Source: Escherichia coli (lineage in GTDB: Bacteria > Pseudomonadota > Gammaproteobacteria > Enterobacterales > Enterobacteriaceae). From it: DNA of 64,000 bases. Positions 9,740 to 20,689 of the stretch are shown here, piece by piece. The stretch lies in NCBI RefSeq assembly GCF_003018255.1, contig NZ_CP027440.1, one strand, 5' to 3'. The notes beneath the pieces are model-generated. The model saw only the letters and a list, made by a program, of their open reading frames with translations, did no database searches and had not been told where the DNA came from. The first letter of the stretch is position 1. Every line of letters begins with the position of its first letter. The position numbers and the translations under genes were made by a program.

Positions 9740-10003
9740 TTATGTCATTATTGTGAAGATATACACTATGCCGGGTAAATAGTGCCACGGAAAAGTTAAT
9801 TCCGGAAGTGACGGAACTCTCATTTTTCGTGCATCCTGTTGATATGGATGATTTTTCAGATTTTCGGAAGTCCGTATTTTTTCCCAGACATTTTGAAGCG
9901 TTTGCTTAATGAACGTATGTGCAGGCTCTTTATCTACGGCTCTTAAAATTGAGAGTCTATCATTGCTGGAGCCTGTGACAATTACGTCCAGGAAGAACTG
10001 CAT
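9740..10003 (-). CDS. Hypothetical small protein (87 aa), possibly co-transcribed with the ORF6N gene
   Basis: ORF lies between the ORF6N gene and a minus-strand terminator; weak Shine-Dalgarno, no recognisable family. Confidence 0.3.
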   Translation of the reverse strand: MQFFLDVIVTGSSNDRLSILRAVDKEPAHTFIKQTLQNVWEKIRTSENLKNHPYQQDARKMRVPSLPELTFPWHYLPGIVYIFTIMT

Positions 10004-10099
10004 AACCTGGATGATTTACGCTCAATCAGAGAGAGGGCGATTAGCGGCAATCACGCTTGATAAAATTAACCCCAGTGATCATCCGGGGTTTTGCAATCA

Positions 10100-10660
10100 T
10101 TAAAACCGCATCAACCGTTCTACCAGTTGTTCTTTACGGGCAACGATCCAGCCGTGTTGCTCCAGATAAAATTTAAACCGCTCCAGAGTGCATACCATCG
10201 CATCGGCGGGGACTTTTTCTGTGAACTCTACCTGACCGTGTTTATCAAAGTGGATCAGTAATGCGCATCCATCATTTGGGGTGGGGGAGTTTTGTGTTGC
10301 TGGTGGTTGTTTATGGCTGAAATAACAGTCTTCCAGTTTTTCGAACACTTCCCACGCCTGATCGGTTTCGAGCATTTTTGCATGGCGGGCAGCGCCACGT
10401 TCTGTCCAGAGGATAAGGGAGCGGGCATTTTTACCAACTAACCCGATTGTTTCGGGTCTGTTCTTAAACTCGCGTAATTCGTTTTTTTCAATTTTAAAGT
10501 AATGCTTTCCTACCACGAATCGCGTCGTGTTGTTCAGAAAGTTATCAGAAATGTTTTTGATTTTTGTTCCGTATAACTGCGCCAGAAGTTCAGTTGTAAT
10601 AACGGGGATCTGGTTGTGGGTGATTGCAGGAAGAGTGTCGACAGAAATTTGAGTGGTCAT
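10100..10660 (-). CDS. ORF6N-domain prophage antirepressor-like protein
   Basis: Start at the ATG giving MTTQISVD with a ggag Shine-Dalgarno; N-terminal ...IPVITTELLAQLYGTKIKNISDNFLNNTTRFVVGKHYFKIEKNELREF fits the ORF6N pattern as recalled. Confidence 0.65.
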   Translation of the reverse strand: MTTQISVDTLPAITHNQIPVITTELLAQLYGTKIKNISDNFLNNTTRFVVGKHYFKIEKNELREFKNRPETIGLVGKNARSLILWTERGAARHAKMLETDQAWEVFEKLEDCYFSHKQPPATQNSPTPNDGCALLIHFDKHGQVEFTEKVPADAMVCTLERFKFYLEQHGWIVARKEQLVERLMRF

Positions 10661-11121
10661 AACGATAACTCCGTACATTTGAAAATTATCGCCACCTTCA
10701 GGTTCCAATCATCATGGTGGCGAACTGTGCGGGGTTGGAACTACCGGGTACGGAAACCGGCGAGCCTTTCGGCTCCCCCACACAGCCCGCCATAAATCGC
10801 GAATGTGACTGTGCAAACGATATGAAAAAAGACGCGGGCGCGTCTCATATCGCTCCGTAAACATCCGGGGTTCCAATCCCGACGCCAGATTTTGCTGACG
10901 CGTTGGAAATATAGCCCCGGAGGATAAAAACTGTCAACGGGTAAAAAAATTTCCGTTATCAGGAATGTATAAAATTAAAGCAATCGAGCAAAAAAACTCT
11001 CTGCAAAACTAAAAAAGATCTCAATAAAATCAGGCAGTTAAAAACACGGAAAAACGGTATAAAAAAGCATCTCAAAATCCTGTTTTTTCTTTCAGATACA
11101 ATATGTTATTGCATTTTTTAA

Positions 11122-11247
11122 AACCTGCCAGTCTGGTACATGGATATTGATACCACTGCCAATTATAAACTGGGCGGTGCACAGCAACACGATAGCGTAC
11201 GCCTCGATCCGTGGGTGTTTATGTTCTCAGCAGGATATCGTTTTTAA
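11122..11247 (+). pseudogene. ompW: 3-prime fragment of ompW, truncated by prophage integration
   Basis: In-frame translation ...VWYMDIDTTANYKLGGAQQHDSVRLDPWVFMFSAGYRF stop matches the OmpW C-terminus as recalled; no 5-prime part is present upstream; it lies next to yciE as in K-12. Confidence 0.7.
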
Positions 11248-11254
11248 TTCCGCA

Positions 11255-11281
11255 CAAAAATGACCCCGTAATTACGGGGTC
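11255..11281 (-). terminator. Hairpin terminator between the ompW fragment and yciE
   Basis: gaccccgta-at-tacggggtc hairpin with a T-run on the minus strand. Confidence 0.6.
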
Positions 11282-11305
11282 AATAAGGACATGGTATAAA
11301 GGGTA

Positions 11306-11812
11306 TTATTTCTTCGCTTCTACGCCATCAGTTTCAGAGCGAATTAAGAATTTCTCAGTTGTTTGCGGAATATGCTGAATTAGCCAGTCGGCCATGTGCT
11401 TTTCATCATTTAAAATCGCTTCGATAATCGGAATTGAGGCTGTATCACCGGCATTTTTTGCTGCTGCTAAGAGTGAGGTATAACAGGCGATTTCAAATTG
11501 CTCGAAGACATATCCGCTAATAGAGCCTTTGACTATTTCATCAGAAGGGAATATACCACCGATTGACTGCCCAAGTGCAGCCATTTTACTCATGGAATCT
11601 TTAATGACTGAACGTGAAATGTCATTACGATCAAGAATAGTTTCCAGTTGAACAATCTGGTTTTTGGTTTCACTAAGATGTTGTTCAATACGAGCGCGTA
11701 GTTCAGGATAATTATCTATACGACTGGCCATGGATTCAAGCATTGATTCGGCTTGCTTTTCCATTGCGTGGGCGTCACGTAACCAGTCATGATAATGTTC
11801 AATACGATTCAT
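11306..11812 (-). CDS. yciE: Ferritin-like DUF892 protein YciE
   Basis: 168-aa translation matches YciE as recalled; synteny with yciF, yciG and trpA. Confidence 0.9.
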   Translation of the reverse strand: MNRIEHYHDWLRDAHAMEKQAESMLESMASRIDNYPELRARIEQHLSETKNQIVQLETILDRNDISRSVIKDSMSKMAALGQSIGGIFPSDEIVKGSISGYVFEQFEIACYTSLLAAAKNAGDTASIPIIEAILNDEKHMADWLIQHIPQTTEKFLIRSETDGVEAKK

Positions 11813-11857
11813 GAAAATGTCCTCTTTATAAAATGACTAAAAGTTAAAGTTCATATT

Positions 11858-12358
11858 TCAGGCTTTATTTTCGGCTTTCTTATTTACGTTATTAAGGGCC
11901 AGATCAGTCAATTTGATGTCGGTGGCCTTTTCTTCTTCCAGGGGCTCTTTCAGAAGCTTCGCTGCTTTACGATAACCTAATTGTTCAGCCAGCGTCGCTA
12001 ATGTCCCGTAACTGGCAATCTCATAATGCTCGACTTTCTGTGCTGCGGCAATCAGTGCGGCATCACGCACTTCGTTTTTCTCGGTACTTTCGATGACCTC
12101 ATTAGCTTCTTCAATAAGACCTTCCATTGCCACACATTTCATGCGCTTAATTTTCAGATTCGATTCTGATTCCACAACTTGATCAATACGTTCAATCTGT
12201 CCATATGTTTCCTCGAGGTGCGCATGAAAAGCCTGACTTAATTTTTCGTTTGATGTTGCTCTTGCGAGTTTTGCCAGTGCCCGGGTTAATTGTTTTTCTG
12301 CGCTGTAGGTATCTGAAAGCAGGTGAATAAATACATCTTCAATGGTCTTCATATTCAT
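11858..12358 (-). CDS. yciF: Ferritin-like DUF892 protein YciF
   Basis: Translation from MNMKTIEDVFIHLLSDTYSAEKQ... matches YciF as recalled. Confidence 0.9.
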   Translation of the reverse strand: MNMKTIEDVFIHLLSDTYSAEKQLTRALAKLARATSNEKLSQAFHAHLEETYGQIERIDQVVESESNLKIKRMKCVAMEGLIEEANEVIESTEKNEVRDAALIAAAQKVEHYEIASYGTLATLAEQLGYRKAAKLLKEPLEEEKATDIKLTDLALNNVNKKAENKA

Positions 12359-12443
12359 ATTTTTCTCCAGTGAAATCACTGCGAGCCATACGGCCCGCAG
12401 ATGCAATTATCTTTATCAGCTGATATTAATAATTAACGGTGAA

Positions 12444-12623
12444 TCAGGATTTGCCTGATTTATTACCACCGCTTTGTTGACCGCCTTTTTTACCCGCTTC
12501 AGATGCGCGTTGCGGATCATTTTTAAAATTACCGCCGCTATGCTGACCGCCTTTACGGCCAGCGTCGGATGCCTTTTCACGGTCTTCGGCGAAATTTCCT
12601 GAACCACCACGATGTTCGGCCAT
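12444..12623 (-). CDS. yciG: KGG-repeat stress protein YciG
   Basis: Translation MAEHRGGSGNFAEDREKASDAGRKGGQHSGGNFKNDP... (59 aa). Confidence 0.85.
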   Translation of the reverse strand: MAEHRGGSGNFAEDREKASDAGRKGGQHSGGNFKNDPQRASEAGKKGGQQSGGNKSGKS

Positions 12624-13003
12624 GTTATTTCTCCCGTTGCGTTGCATTGTTTCATTAATATGAGTGTTGTGTGTCGACACTCATTAAAATTAGTCGCTAA
12701 TGAAAATTAGTCAAATTAAGCGCAACGAGAAAAAAGAGGGAAAATATATTATGAGGAACATTCTGGATATATTAACAATTGCCTGAGGAATAAGTGACTT
12801 AGAGAAAATTATTGATTTTACTGGTGTTATGTTGCGGGATTAATTTGTTTGATTATATTACTGTTGGGCGGAAAAAAGACGTAAGTTGACGTTCGACAGG
12901 GGCAAGCGAAACGGTAAAAAGATAAATAATAAATGAATTTAGGATTTTTCCAGCTTCGTTAAAGAAAGTTAAAATGCCGCCAGCGGAACTGGCGGCTGTG
13001 GGA

Positions 13004-13810
13004 TTAACTGCGCGTCGCCGCTTTCATCGGTTGTACAAAAGCTTTCAGTGCCGCCAGCATTTTCTCTGGCTCATTAATATGTTGCTCGATGATTTTAACA
13101 ATGGCTGAACCTGAAATCGCGCCTGCAGCTCCTGCATCAATCGCTGCTTTGACCTGATCCGGGGCGGAAATACCAAATCCCTGCAATGGAGGTGCAGCGT
13201 TGTACTCTTTCAGCTTCGCAACCAGATGATCGAGGGGTAACGCGGCGCGGTTTTCTGCGCCGGTCACGCCCGCACGTGACAATAAATAGGTGTATCCACG
13301 ACCGTAGGAGGCTATCTGGCGCAGCAAATCATCGTCGGCATTCGGCGGGCAAATAAAGATAGGTGCGACATTATGACGCAACGCGGCCTGGCGGAAGGGA
13401 GCGGACTCTTCCACTGGCACATCGGCAACCAGCACCGAATCGACGCCGACTTTCTCGCACTGGGCATAAAACTCATCAATGCCTTTGTTAAACACCAGGT
13501 TGGCATACATCAAAAGGCCGATGGGAATGGTCGGGTGCTTCTGGCGAATCAGTGCCAGCATCTCAAAGCACTGTGCCGGGGTCACACCTGCCGCAAAGGC
13601 ACGCAGTGTGGCGTTTTGAATCGTCGGGCCATCCGCCAGTGGGTCGGAGAAGGGGATACCTAACTCCAGCGCGTCAGCACCGGCTTCAATTAGCGTGTCG
13701 ATAATTTTCAGCGACTGCTCAATGCCCGGATCACCGAGCGTGACGAAAGGAACGAATGCGCCTTCTTTGCGCTCCTTCAACTGGGCAAACAGAGATTCGT
13801 AGCGTTCCAT
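13004..13810 (-). CDS. trpA: Tryptophan synthase alpha subunit
   Basis: 268-aa translation [28 protein letters not shown]...; trp operon synteny. Confidence 0.97.
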   Translation of the reverse strand: MERYESLFAQLKERKEGAFVPFVTLGDPGIEQSLKIIDTLIEAGADALELGIPFSDPLADGPTIQNATLRAFAAGVTPAQCFEMLALIRQKHPTIPIGLLMYANLVFNKGIDEFYAQCEKVGVDSVLVADVPVEESAPFRQAALRHNVAPIFICPPNADDDLLRQIASYGRGYTYLLSRAGVTGAENRAALPLDHLVAKLKEYNAAPPLQGFGISAPDQVKAAIDAGAAGAISGSAIVKIIEQHINEPEKMLAALKAFVQPMKAATRS

Positions 13811-15003
13811 CAGATTTCCCCTCGTGCTTTCAAAATATCGTGAACGGTGAAGATGTCTTTATCGCCGCGACCGGAAAGGTTAACCACCAGTAGCTGCTCT
13901 TTTTCCGGGTTTTCGCGCATCATTTTCAGCGCATGGGCCAGGGCGTGGGAGGACTCCAGCGCCGGGATAATCCCTTCGTGCAGGCAGAGCGTTTTGAAGG
14001 CTTCCAGTGCTTCATCATCGGTAATTGACACGTAATCAGCGCGTCCAGTGCTGTTAAGATACGCGTGTTGTGGGCCGACAGACGGGAAATCCAGTCCGGC
14101 GGAGATGGAGTAAGATTCTTCAATCTGTCCGTCTTCGGTTTGCATCATCGGCGCTTTCATACCGAAATAGATGCCCACGCGACCGTGTTTTAACGGTGCG
14201 CCGTGCTCGCCAGTTTCGATACCGTGACCGCCTGGTTCGACACCAATCAGGCCGACGTTGGTTTCATTGATGAAATCAGCAAACATGCCGATGGCATTCG
14301 AACCGCCGCCAACACAGGCGATAACCGCATCCGGCAGGCGACCTTCTCTTTCCAGAATCTGCGCTTTCGTTTCTTCGCCAATCATTCGCTGAAACTCACG
14401 CACAATGGTCGGGTAAGGATGCGGGCCAGCCGCGGTGCCCAGCATATAGTGCGCGGTTTCATAACTGCCGGACCAGTCGCGTAGCGCCTCATTACAGGCA
14501 TCTTTCAGCGTCGCGGAACCGCTATGCACCGGGATCACTTCCGCACCCATTAAGCGCATACGAAAAACGTTAGGCGACTGGCGCTCGACGTCTTTGGCAC
14601 CCATATAAATGCGACATTTCAGGCCGAGCAGGGCGCTGGCAAGGGCCGACGCCACGCCATGCTGACCGGCTCCGGTTTCGGCGATGATTTCCGTTTTTCC
14701 CATCCGCTTCGCCAGCAACGCCTGGCCGAGCACCTGGTTGGTTTTATGCGCGCCGCCGTGCAGCAAATCTTCGCGCTTCAGATACAGCGTGGTGTTCGTG
14801 CCAGCCGTAATGTTCTGGCATTTGGTCAGTGCGGTTGGACGCCCGGCATAGTTTTTCAGCAGGTCGTTGAACTGGGCCTGAAATTCAGGATCTTTTTGCG
14901 CGCTGACAAAAGCTTCTTCCAGCTGGCGCAGAGCAGGCATCAGGATTTGTGGCACGTACATGCCGCCAAACTCACCAAAATACGGGTTAAGTAATGTTGT
15001 CAT
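13810..15003 (-). CDS. trpB: Tryptophan synthase beta subunit
   Basis: 397-aa translation [25 protein letters not shown]...; overlaps trpA by 1 nt. Confidence 0.97.
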   Translation of the reverse strand: MTTLLNPYFGEFGGMYVPQILMPALRQLEEAFVSAQKDPEFQAQFNDLLKNYAGRPTALTKCQNITAGTNTTLYLKREDLLHGGAHKTNQVLGQALLAKRMGKTEIIAETGAGQHGVASALASALLGLKCRIYMGAKDVERQSPNVFRMRLMGAEVIPVHSGSATLKDACNEALRDWSGSYETAHYMLGTAAGPHPYPTIVREFQRMIGEETKAQILEREGRLPDAVIACVGGGSNAIGMFADFINETNVGLIGVEPGGHGIETGEHGAPLKHGRVGIYFGMKAPMMQTEDGQIEESYSISAGLDFPSVGPQHAYLNSTGRADYVSITDDEALEAFKTLCLHEGIIPALESSHALAHALKMMRENPEKEQLLVVNLSGRGDKDIFTVHDILKARGEI

Positions 15004-15014
15004 TGTTCCTTTCC

Positions 15015-16376
15015 TTAATATGCGCGCAGCGTCTGGAAAACCGAGGCCAAAAGACGTGCGTCTTTGATGCCCGGTTGCGACTCTACAGCAGAATTAAAAT
15101 CAAGTCCGGCGCAGCCGGTTTGTGCCGCTTCCACGCAGTTATCTGCGCCTAAGCCCCCCGCCAGCAGAACGTTGCCAAGCGATTGACCGTTTAACAGTGA
15201 CCAGTCGAAACGTTGCCCGCTTCCACCCTGGCCGTTGTCGAAAACATATTTATCAACGTGCTGAAGCTCGCGGGCGGGCAGGGTTTCACCGACGCTTAAT
15301 GCTTTCCAGATGGCAACGTTTTCAGGCAGCGCACCACGCAGCGTATCGATATACAGCTGATCTTCATTACCATGCAGTTGCACTGCTGCCAGCGATAACA
15401 CCTTAGCTTTGTCCACCACATCGGCAATATCGTGATTGCGGAACACGCCAACATACTGCAACGGTGCCGCAGCCATCACTTCCTGCGCCTGTTCAACGTT
15501 GACGCAACGCGGTGATGTCGCAACAAAAATCAACCCACCGTAAATCGCGCCCGCGTCATAAGCTGCTTTAGCATCTTGCCCACGCGTCAGGCCACATACT
15601 TTATTCTCACCCAGCAACACCCGGCGCACGGCGGCGTTCAAATCGTCATGGGCCATCAACGCCGAACCAATCAGAAAACCGTTAGCGAAGTGGCTTAACT
15701 CGCGCACCTGAGCGTAAGTATTGATGCCGGATTCGCTGATTACCGTCACGTTGTGCCCCAGTTTCGGCGCAAGCTCGCGGGTACGGTTGAGATCAATCGA
15801 CAAATCACGCAGATCGCGGTTGTTGATGCCAACGACCTTTGCCCCCAATGCAATGGCACGCTCCAGTTCCTCTTCATTACTGACTTCGGTCAGCACACCC
15901 ATCTCCAGACTGTGGGCGACGGCAGCAAGCTGGCGATATTGTTCGTCATCCAGTACTGAAAGCATTAATAAGCAGGCATCGGCCTGGTAATAGCGCGCCA
16001 GATAGATCTGGTAAGGATCGATAATGAAGTCTTTACATAAAATCGGCTGCGGGGCGATTTGGCTGACGATGGGGAGGAAATCAAAGCTCCCCTGAAAATA
16101 TTTCTCATCAGTCAGCACCGAAATTGCCGAAGCGTAATGTTTATAAATGGCGGCAATGCGTGCCGGATCGAAATCATCACGGATCACGCCTTTTGACGGC
16201 GACGCTTTTTTACACTCCAGAATAAACGCCGTGCGTGCGCCCTGAAGTGCATCATAAAAATGTCGCGTGCTCGGCTGAACCTCATTCTGAAAACTGGCCA
16301 GCGGTTGCTGCTGTTTGCGGGTTTCTACCCAAATCGCCTTGTCTGCGACGATTTTCGCTAAAACGGTTTGCATCAT
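15015..16376 (-). CDS. trpC: Bifunctional indole-3-glycerol phosphate synthase / phosphoribosylanthranilate isomerase
   Basis: 453-aa translation [18 protein letters not shown]... Confidence 0.97.
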   Translation of the reverse strand: MMQTVLAKIVADKAIWVETRKQQQPLASFQNEVQPSTRHFYDALQGARTAFILECKKASPSKGVIRDDFDPARIAAIYKHYASAISVLTDEKYFQGSFDFLPIVSQIAPQPILCKDFIIDPYQIYLARYYQADACLLMLSVLDDEQYRQLAAVAHSLEMGVLTEVSNEEELERAIALGAKVVGINNRDLRDLSIDLNRTRELAPKLGHNVTVISESGINTYAQVRELSHFANGFLIGSALMAHDDLNAAVRRVLLGENKVCGLTRGQDAKAAYDAGAIYGGLIFVATSPRCVNVEQAQEVMAAAPLQYVGVFRNHDIADVVDKAKVLSLAAVQLHGNEDQLYIDTLRGALPENVAIWKALSVGETLPARELQHVDKYVFDNGQGGSGQRFDWSLLNGQSLGNVLLAGGLGADNCVEAAQTGCAGLDFNSAVESQPGIKDARLLASVFQTLRAY

Positions 16377-17972
16377 TTACCCTCGTGCCGCCAGTGCGGT
16401 GACTCTGTCGTAAGCGGAACCACTGCGCAGTACCTCAAGAACGGTTTGCGCATTGGCTTGCAGATCTTCATGGCCATGCAGGCGCATTAACATGGCGACA
16501 TTCGCCGCGACGGCTGCTTCGTGAGCGGCGTCGCCTTTACCTTGTAACAAGCGTGTTAAAATGTCACGGTTTTCTTCCGGTGTTCCGCCTGCCAGTTGCT
16601 CCTGGTGGTAGGGTGTCAGGCCAAAATCTTCAGCGGTCAATTGATAGCTCTTAATTTCACCGTCATGCAGTTCGGCAACGATTGTCGGCGCGTGTAATGA
16701 AACTTCATCCATCCCGCCACTGTGCACTACCGCAGCGCGTTGATACCCCAGCACGCGCAAGGTTTCGGCAATCGGTAGCACCAGTTCCGGACTATAAACA
16801 CCAATTAACGCCAGCGGCGGATGCGCCGGGTTAATCAATGGCCCCAGCACATTGAACAGGGTGCGGGTTTTCAGTTGCTGGCGAACCGGCATCGCGTGGC
16901 GGAATCCGGTGTGATATTTCGGCGCAAAGAGGAAACAGACGCCTAACTCATCCAGCGCCTGGCGCGATTTATCGGCGTTCATATCAAGATTAATACCGAA
17001 TGCCGCCAGCAGATCCGACGAACCGGATTTACTGGAGACGCTACGGTTGCCGTGTTTCGCCACTTTCAGCCCACAGGCCGCGGCGACAAACGCACTGGCG
17101 GTAGAAATATTGATACTGTTACTGCCGTCACCACCGGTACCGACGATATCGGCAAACAGATAATCAGGGCGCGGGAACGGCGCAGCATTTTCCAGAAGGG
17201 CAGTTGCTGCCCCGGCGATTTCGTTCGGGTGCTCGCCACGAATTTTCATGCTTACCAGAGCCGCCGCGAGCTGTTCTGGCTTCAGCTCGCCACGCACCAC
17301 CGCTGAAAACAGCTGGTGGCTTTCTTGCTGGCTAAGCGTCTGCGCCTGATACAGTTTTTCCAGAATCGGTTGCAGCGTGTTAGTCGGTTCCAGTTTCTGC
17401 TGCGCCCAGGCCAATGTTTGTTCCAGCAGGCGAGCGCCCTGGGTAGTAAGAATGGATTCCGGATGGAACTGGAATCCACAAACGCGATCTGCATCGTGAC
17501 GCACCGCCATCACCATGCCATTAAAATGGGCGTTGATGGTTAAACCGGCCGGAATGTTACTGCCAACCAGCGAGTGATAACGCGCCACTGGCAGCGGGTT
17601 TGTTAATCCGGCAAACATCGCCTGACCGTCATGTTCAATGCTGGAGGCTTTACCGTGAAGAATTTCGCCCGCCTGACCGACATAGCCCCCGTAAGCTTCG
17701 ACAATTGCCTGATGTCCGAGGCAAATGCCAATAATTGGCAGCTTGCCACGCAAGCGGGTGAGGAGTTCCGGCATACAACCGGCTTCGCTCGGCACACCGG
17801 GGCCAGGAGAAAGCATCAGCACCGGATTGCTCATCGTCGCCAGGCGTTCAATTAAGGTCTGCGCCGGAACATGGTTGCGGTAAATCACCACGTTATGACC
17901 ATTGCTGCGCAACTGATCTGCCAGGTTGTACGTAAAAGAGTCGATATTATCGAGCAGCAGAATGTCAGCCAT
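16377..17972 (-). CDS. trpD: Anthranilate synthase component II / anthranilate phosphoribosyltransferase
   Basis: 531-aa translation [22 protein letters not shown]... Confidence 0.97.
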   Translation of the reverse strand: MADILLLDNIDSFTYNLADQLRSNGHNVVIYRNHVPAQTLIERLATMSNPVLMLSPGPGVPSEAGCMPELLTRLRGKLPIIGICLGHQAIVEAYGGYVGQAGEILHGKASSIEHDGQAMFAGLTNPLPVARYHSLVGSNIPAGLTINAHFNGMVMAVRHDADRVCGFQFHPESILTTQGARLLEQTLAWAQQKLEPTNTLQPILEKLYQAQTLSQQESHQLFSAVVRGELKPEQLAAALVSMKIRGEHPNEIAGAATALLENAAPFPRPDYLFADIVGTGGDGSNSINISTASAFVAAACGLKVAKHGNRSVSSKSGSSDLLAAFGINLDMNADKSRQALDELGVCFLFAPKYHTGFRHAMPVRQQLKTRTLFNVLGPLINPAHPPLALIGVYSPELVLPIAETLRVLGYQRAAVVHSGGMDEVSLHAPTIVAELHDGEIKSYQLTAEDFGLTPYHQEQLAGGTPEENRDILTRLLQGKGDAAHEAAVAANVAMLMRLHGHEDLQANAQTVLEVLRSGSAYDRVTALAARG

Positions 17973-19534
17973 CAGAACGTCTCCTGTGCATGATGCGCGG
18001 TGGCAATAGCGCGCAGTACAGCGCGGGCTTTATTACGGGTTTCGTCGGCTTCCGACTGCGGAACAGAATCAAGGACTACGCCAGCACCGGCTTGCACGGT
18101 GGCGATACCGTTTTCCACCAGCGCCGAGCGGATCACAATGCAGGTGTCGAGATCGCCATGCGCGGTAAAATAACCTACCGCGCCGCCGTAGCTGCCGCGT
18201 CGACGACCTTCTGCTTCGGCAATTAACTGCATAGCGCGCACTTTCGGCGCACCGCTTAATGTCCCCATATTCATACAGGCGCGGTAAGCGTGCAGGGCGT
18301 CGAGATCGTGGCGCAGCTCACCGACCACGCGGGAGACGAGGTGCATCACATAAGAATAACGGTCAACTTTGGTGAGATCGGCGACGTAGCGACTACCGGG
18401 AGTGCAAATACGCGCCAGGTCATTACGGGCGAGATCCACTAGCATCAGATGTTCAGAAAGCTCTTTATGATCGGTACGCATTTCCAGTTCGATGCGGCTG
18501 TCGAGGTCTCTGTCCAGTGAACCATCGGCACGACGACCGCGTGGACGTGTTCCGGCAATCGGGTAGATCTCAATCTGGCGGCTGGTGGCGTCATACTTGA
18601 GCGAACTTTCCGGCGACGCGCCAAACAGGGTGAAATCATTATCCTGCATAAAAAACATGTACGGGCTGGGATTACTCTTTTTCAGCACGTAATAGGCCGC
18701 CAGCGGTGACGGGCAGGGCAGAGAGAAACGGCGAGATGGCACCACCTGGAAAATTTCTCCGGCGCGAATCGCTTTTTGCAGCGAACGCACTACGCCACCG
18801 AACTCTTCATCACTCTGGTTACATTCACAACGCATATGCGGCACGGAAACCACCGGCAGCGGCGGCGCGGCTTCGGTCAGTTGCTGACGTAGTTCGTTCA
18901 GGCGAGCAGTGAGACGTTGTTTTTCTTCTTCATTCGGAGCAAACAGGCTGGCCTGAATACGGGTGCTTTTTTTCTGATGGTCAATCACCATCAGCGTTTC
19001 AGCGAGATAAAAACAGAAATCAGGACAGTTATTTTCCGCTGCCAGTTGTGGTAAATCTTCAAATCCCGCCACAAGGTCATAAGAGAACAGACCGCCGAAG
19101 AACATTGCTTCTCGTTCTTCATTCGGTACATTCAACAGACTCTGCAATAAGCGGAAAGCGTCAAAAACCGAAAGGGAGCATAAGCGAGCGTCTTCATCCA
19201 GCAGTGGACTGACAGGGGGGAAGCGCAGCACACGGCAGTTTGGTGATTGTTCATTTTCCACACCCGCAGGCAGGGCGTTATCCAGTAGTGCCAGCAGGGC
19301 TTCGCCATTGCCGGAAAGTGCCTGGATTGTGACAGTGTCACCTAAAGCTGTAATGCGCAGCGCACTGTCTACCAGCAGCAGGCTTTTTAAATCATCTTTG
19401 CTGTCGATATCTGCGGATTCCAGTAGCAGCGTTGCTGGACGATCCTCACACAACTGGTGAAAAAGCGCGGTGGGATTGTCGCGATAAGCGCCTTCGCAGG
19501 TTAGCAGTTCGAGAGTCGGTTTTTGTGTTTGCAT
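17972..19534 (-). CDS. trpE: Anthranilate synthase component I
   Basis: 520-aa translation [28 protein letters not shown]... Confidence 0.97.
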   Translation of the reverse strand: MQTQKPTLELLTCEGAYRDNPTALFHQLCEDRPATLLLESADIDSKDDLKSLLLVDSALRITALGDTVTIQALSGNGEALLALLDNALPAGVENEQSPNCRVLRFPPVSPLLDEDARLCSLSVFDAFRLLQSLLNVPNEEREAMFFGGLFSYDLVAGFEDLPQLAAENNCPDFCFYLAETLMVIDHQKKSTRIQASLFAPNEEEKQRLTARLNELRQQLTEAAPPLPVVSVPHMRCECNQSDEEFGGVVRSLQKAIRAGEIFQVVPSRRFSLPCPSPLAAYYVLKKSNPSPYMFFMQDNDFTLFGASPESSLKYDATSRQIEIYPIAGTRPRGRRADGSLDRDLDSRIELEMRTDHKELSEHLMLVDLARNDLARICTPGSRYVADLTKVDRYSYVMHLVSRVVGELRHDLDALHAYRACMNMGTLSGAPKVRAMQLIAEAEGRRRGSYGGAVGYFTAHGDLDTCIVIRSALVENGIATVQAGAGVVLDSVPQSEADETRNKARAVLRAIATAHHAQETF

Positions 19535-19555
19535 TGTTATTCTCTAATTTTGTTC

Positions 19556-19584
19556 AAAAAAAAGCCCGCTCATTAGGCGGGCTG
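19556..19584 (-). terminator. trp attenuator (3:4 terminator hairpin)
   Basis: Minus strand agcccgcctaatgagcgggct followed by a T8 run, between trpL and trpE. Confidence 0.9.
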
Positions 19585-19625
19585 GGTATCTGATTGCTTT
19601 ACGCATGGTGAATACACTGCCCGTT

Positions 19626-19670
19626 TCAGGAAGTGCGCCACCAACCTTTCAGTACGAAAATTGCTTTCAT
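19626..19670 (-). CDS. trpL: trp operon leader peptide
   Basis: Minus strand atgaaagcaattttcgtactgaaaggttggtggcgcacttcctga encodes [14 protein letters not shown] with tandem Trp codons. Confidence 0.95.
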
Positions 19671-19694
19671 TGTCGATACCCTTTTTACGTGAAC

Positions 19695-19735
19695 TTGCGT
19701 ACTAGTTAACTAGTTCGATGATTAATTGTCAACAG
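19695..19735 (-). promoter_or_regulatory. trp promoter with TrpR operator
   Basis: Minus strand reads TTGACAATTAATCATCGAACTAGTTAACTAGTACGCAAG: -35 TTGACA, -10 TTAACT, and the palindromic ACTAGTTAACTAGT operator. Confidence 0.95.
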
Positions 19736-19807
19736 CTCATTTCAGAATATTTGCCAGAACCGTTATGATGTCGGCGCAAAAAACATTATCCAGAACGGGA
19801 GTGCGCC

Positions 19808-20689
19808 TTGAGCGACACGAATTACGCAGTGATTTACGACCTGCACAGCCATACCACAGCTTCCGATGGCTGCCTGACGCCAGAAGCATTGGTGCACCGT
19901 GCAGTCGAGATGCGCGTCGGCACCCTGGCGATCACCGACCATGACACCACAGCTGCAATCGCGCCAGCAAGAGAGGAAATTTCACGTTCGGGACTGGCGC
20001 TGAATCTTATACCCGGCGTGGAAATTTCCACGGTCTGGGAAAATCATGAAATTCATATTGTCGGGCTGAATATTGATATTACTCATCCGCTAATGTGTGA
20101 GTTCCTCGCGCAGCAGACAGAACGGCGCAATCAGCGGGCGCAGGTGATTGCCGAAAGACTTGAAAAAGCGCAAATACCTGGGGCGCTGGAAGGCGCACAA
20201 CGACTGGCGCAGGGCGGCGCAGTGACGCGCGGTCATTTTGCGCGTTTCCTTGTTGAGTGCGGCAAAGCCAGTTCAATGGCGGATGTCTTTAAAAAGTATC
20301 TGGCGCGCGGGAAAACCGGATACGTTCCGCCACAGTGGTGTACAATAGAACAAGCTATTGATGTCATTCATCATTCTGGCGGTAAGGCGGTGCTAGCTCA
20401 TCCTGGGCGGTACAATCTTAGTGCTAAATGGCTGAAAAGATTGGTTGCGCATTTTGCCGAACACCACGGCGACGCGATGGAAGTCGCGCAGTGCCAGCAA
20501 TCGCCCAATGAACGCACCCAGCTGGCGACACTTGCGCGTCAGCATCATTTATGGGCATCACAAGGATCTGATTTTCATCAGCCATGCCCGTGGATCGAAC
20601 TGGGTCGTAAACTCTGGCTGCCCGCAGGCGTTGAAGGCGTCTGGCAGCTATGGGAACAGCCGCAGAACACCACAGAGAGGGAATTATGA
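19808..20689 (+). CDS. yciV: PHP-domain RNase AM (YciV/TrpH)
   Basis: 293-aa translation MSDTNYAVIYDLHSHTTASDG...; the first codon at 19808 appears to be TTG. Confidence 0.85.
   Translation: MSDTNYAVIYDLHSHTTASDGCLTPEALVHRAVEMRVGTLAITDHDTTAAIAPAREEISRSGLALNLIPGVEISTVWENHEIHIVGLNIDITHPLMCEFLAQQTERRNQRAQVIAERLEKAQIPGALEGAQRLAQGGAVTRGHFARFLVECGKASSMADVFKKYLARGKTGYVPPQWCTIEQAIDVIHHSGGKAVLAHPGRYNLSAKWLKRLVAHFAEHHGDAMEVAQCQQSPNERTQLATLARQHHLWASQGSDFHQPCPWIELGRKLWLPAGVEGVWQLWEQPQNTTEREL

Larger units (their letters stand above)
1..11121. mobile_element. Right-hand part of a lambdoid prophage remnant (porin, tail-tip L-K-I-J, hok-like toxin, side tail fibre, tfa-like, ORF6N gene) ending at attR inside ompW
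   Basis: Collinear lambda-like L, K, I, J, stf and tfa-position genes on the + strand; A/T-rich arm-like DNA at 10920-11120; a 3-prime ompW fragment starts right after it. Left boundary lies outside the window. Confidence 0.8.

Noticed and set aside
9909..10103. Plus-strand 64-aa ORF between tfa and the ORF6N gene
   Set aside because: It overlaps the more plausible minus-strand unit, has no Shine-Dalgarno and no recognisable features.
13373..15990. Plus-strand ORFs of 60-111 aa inside trpA, trpB and trpC
   Set aside because: They are antisense to the trp genes and have no independent support.
19808..19810. yciV start codon looked wrong (TTG)
   Set aside because: The translation matches YciV from the first residue, so a TTG start or a strain-specific variant is more likely than a mis-call.
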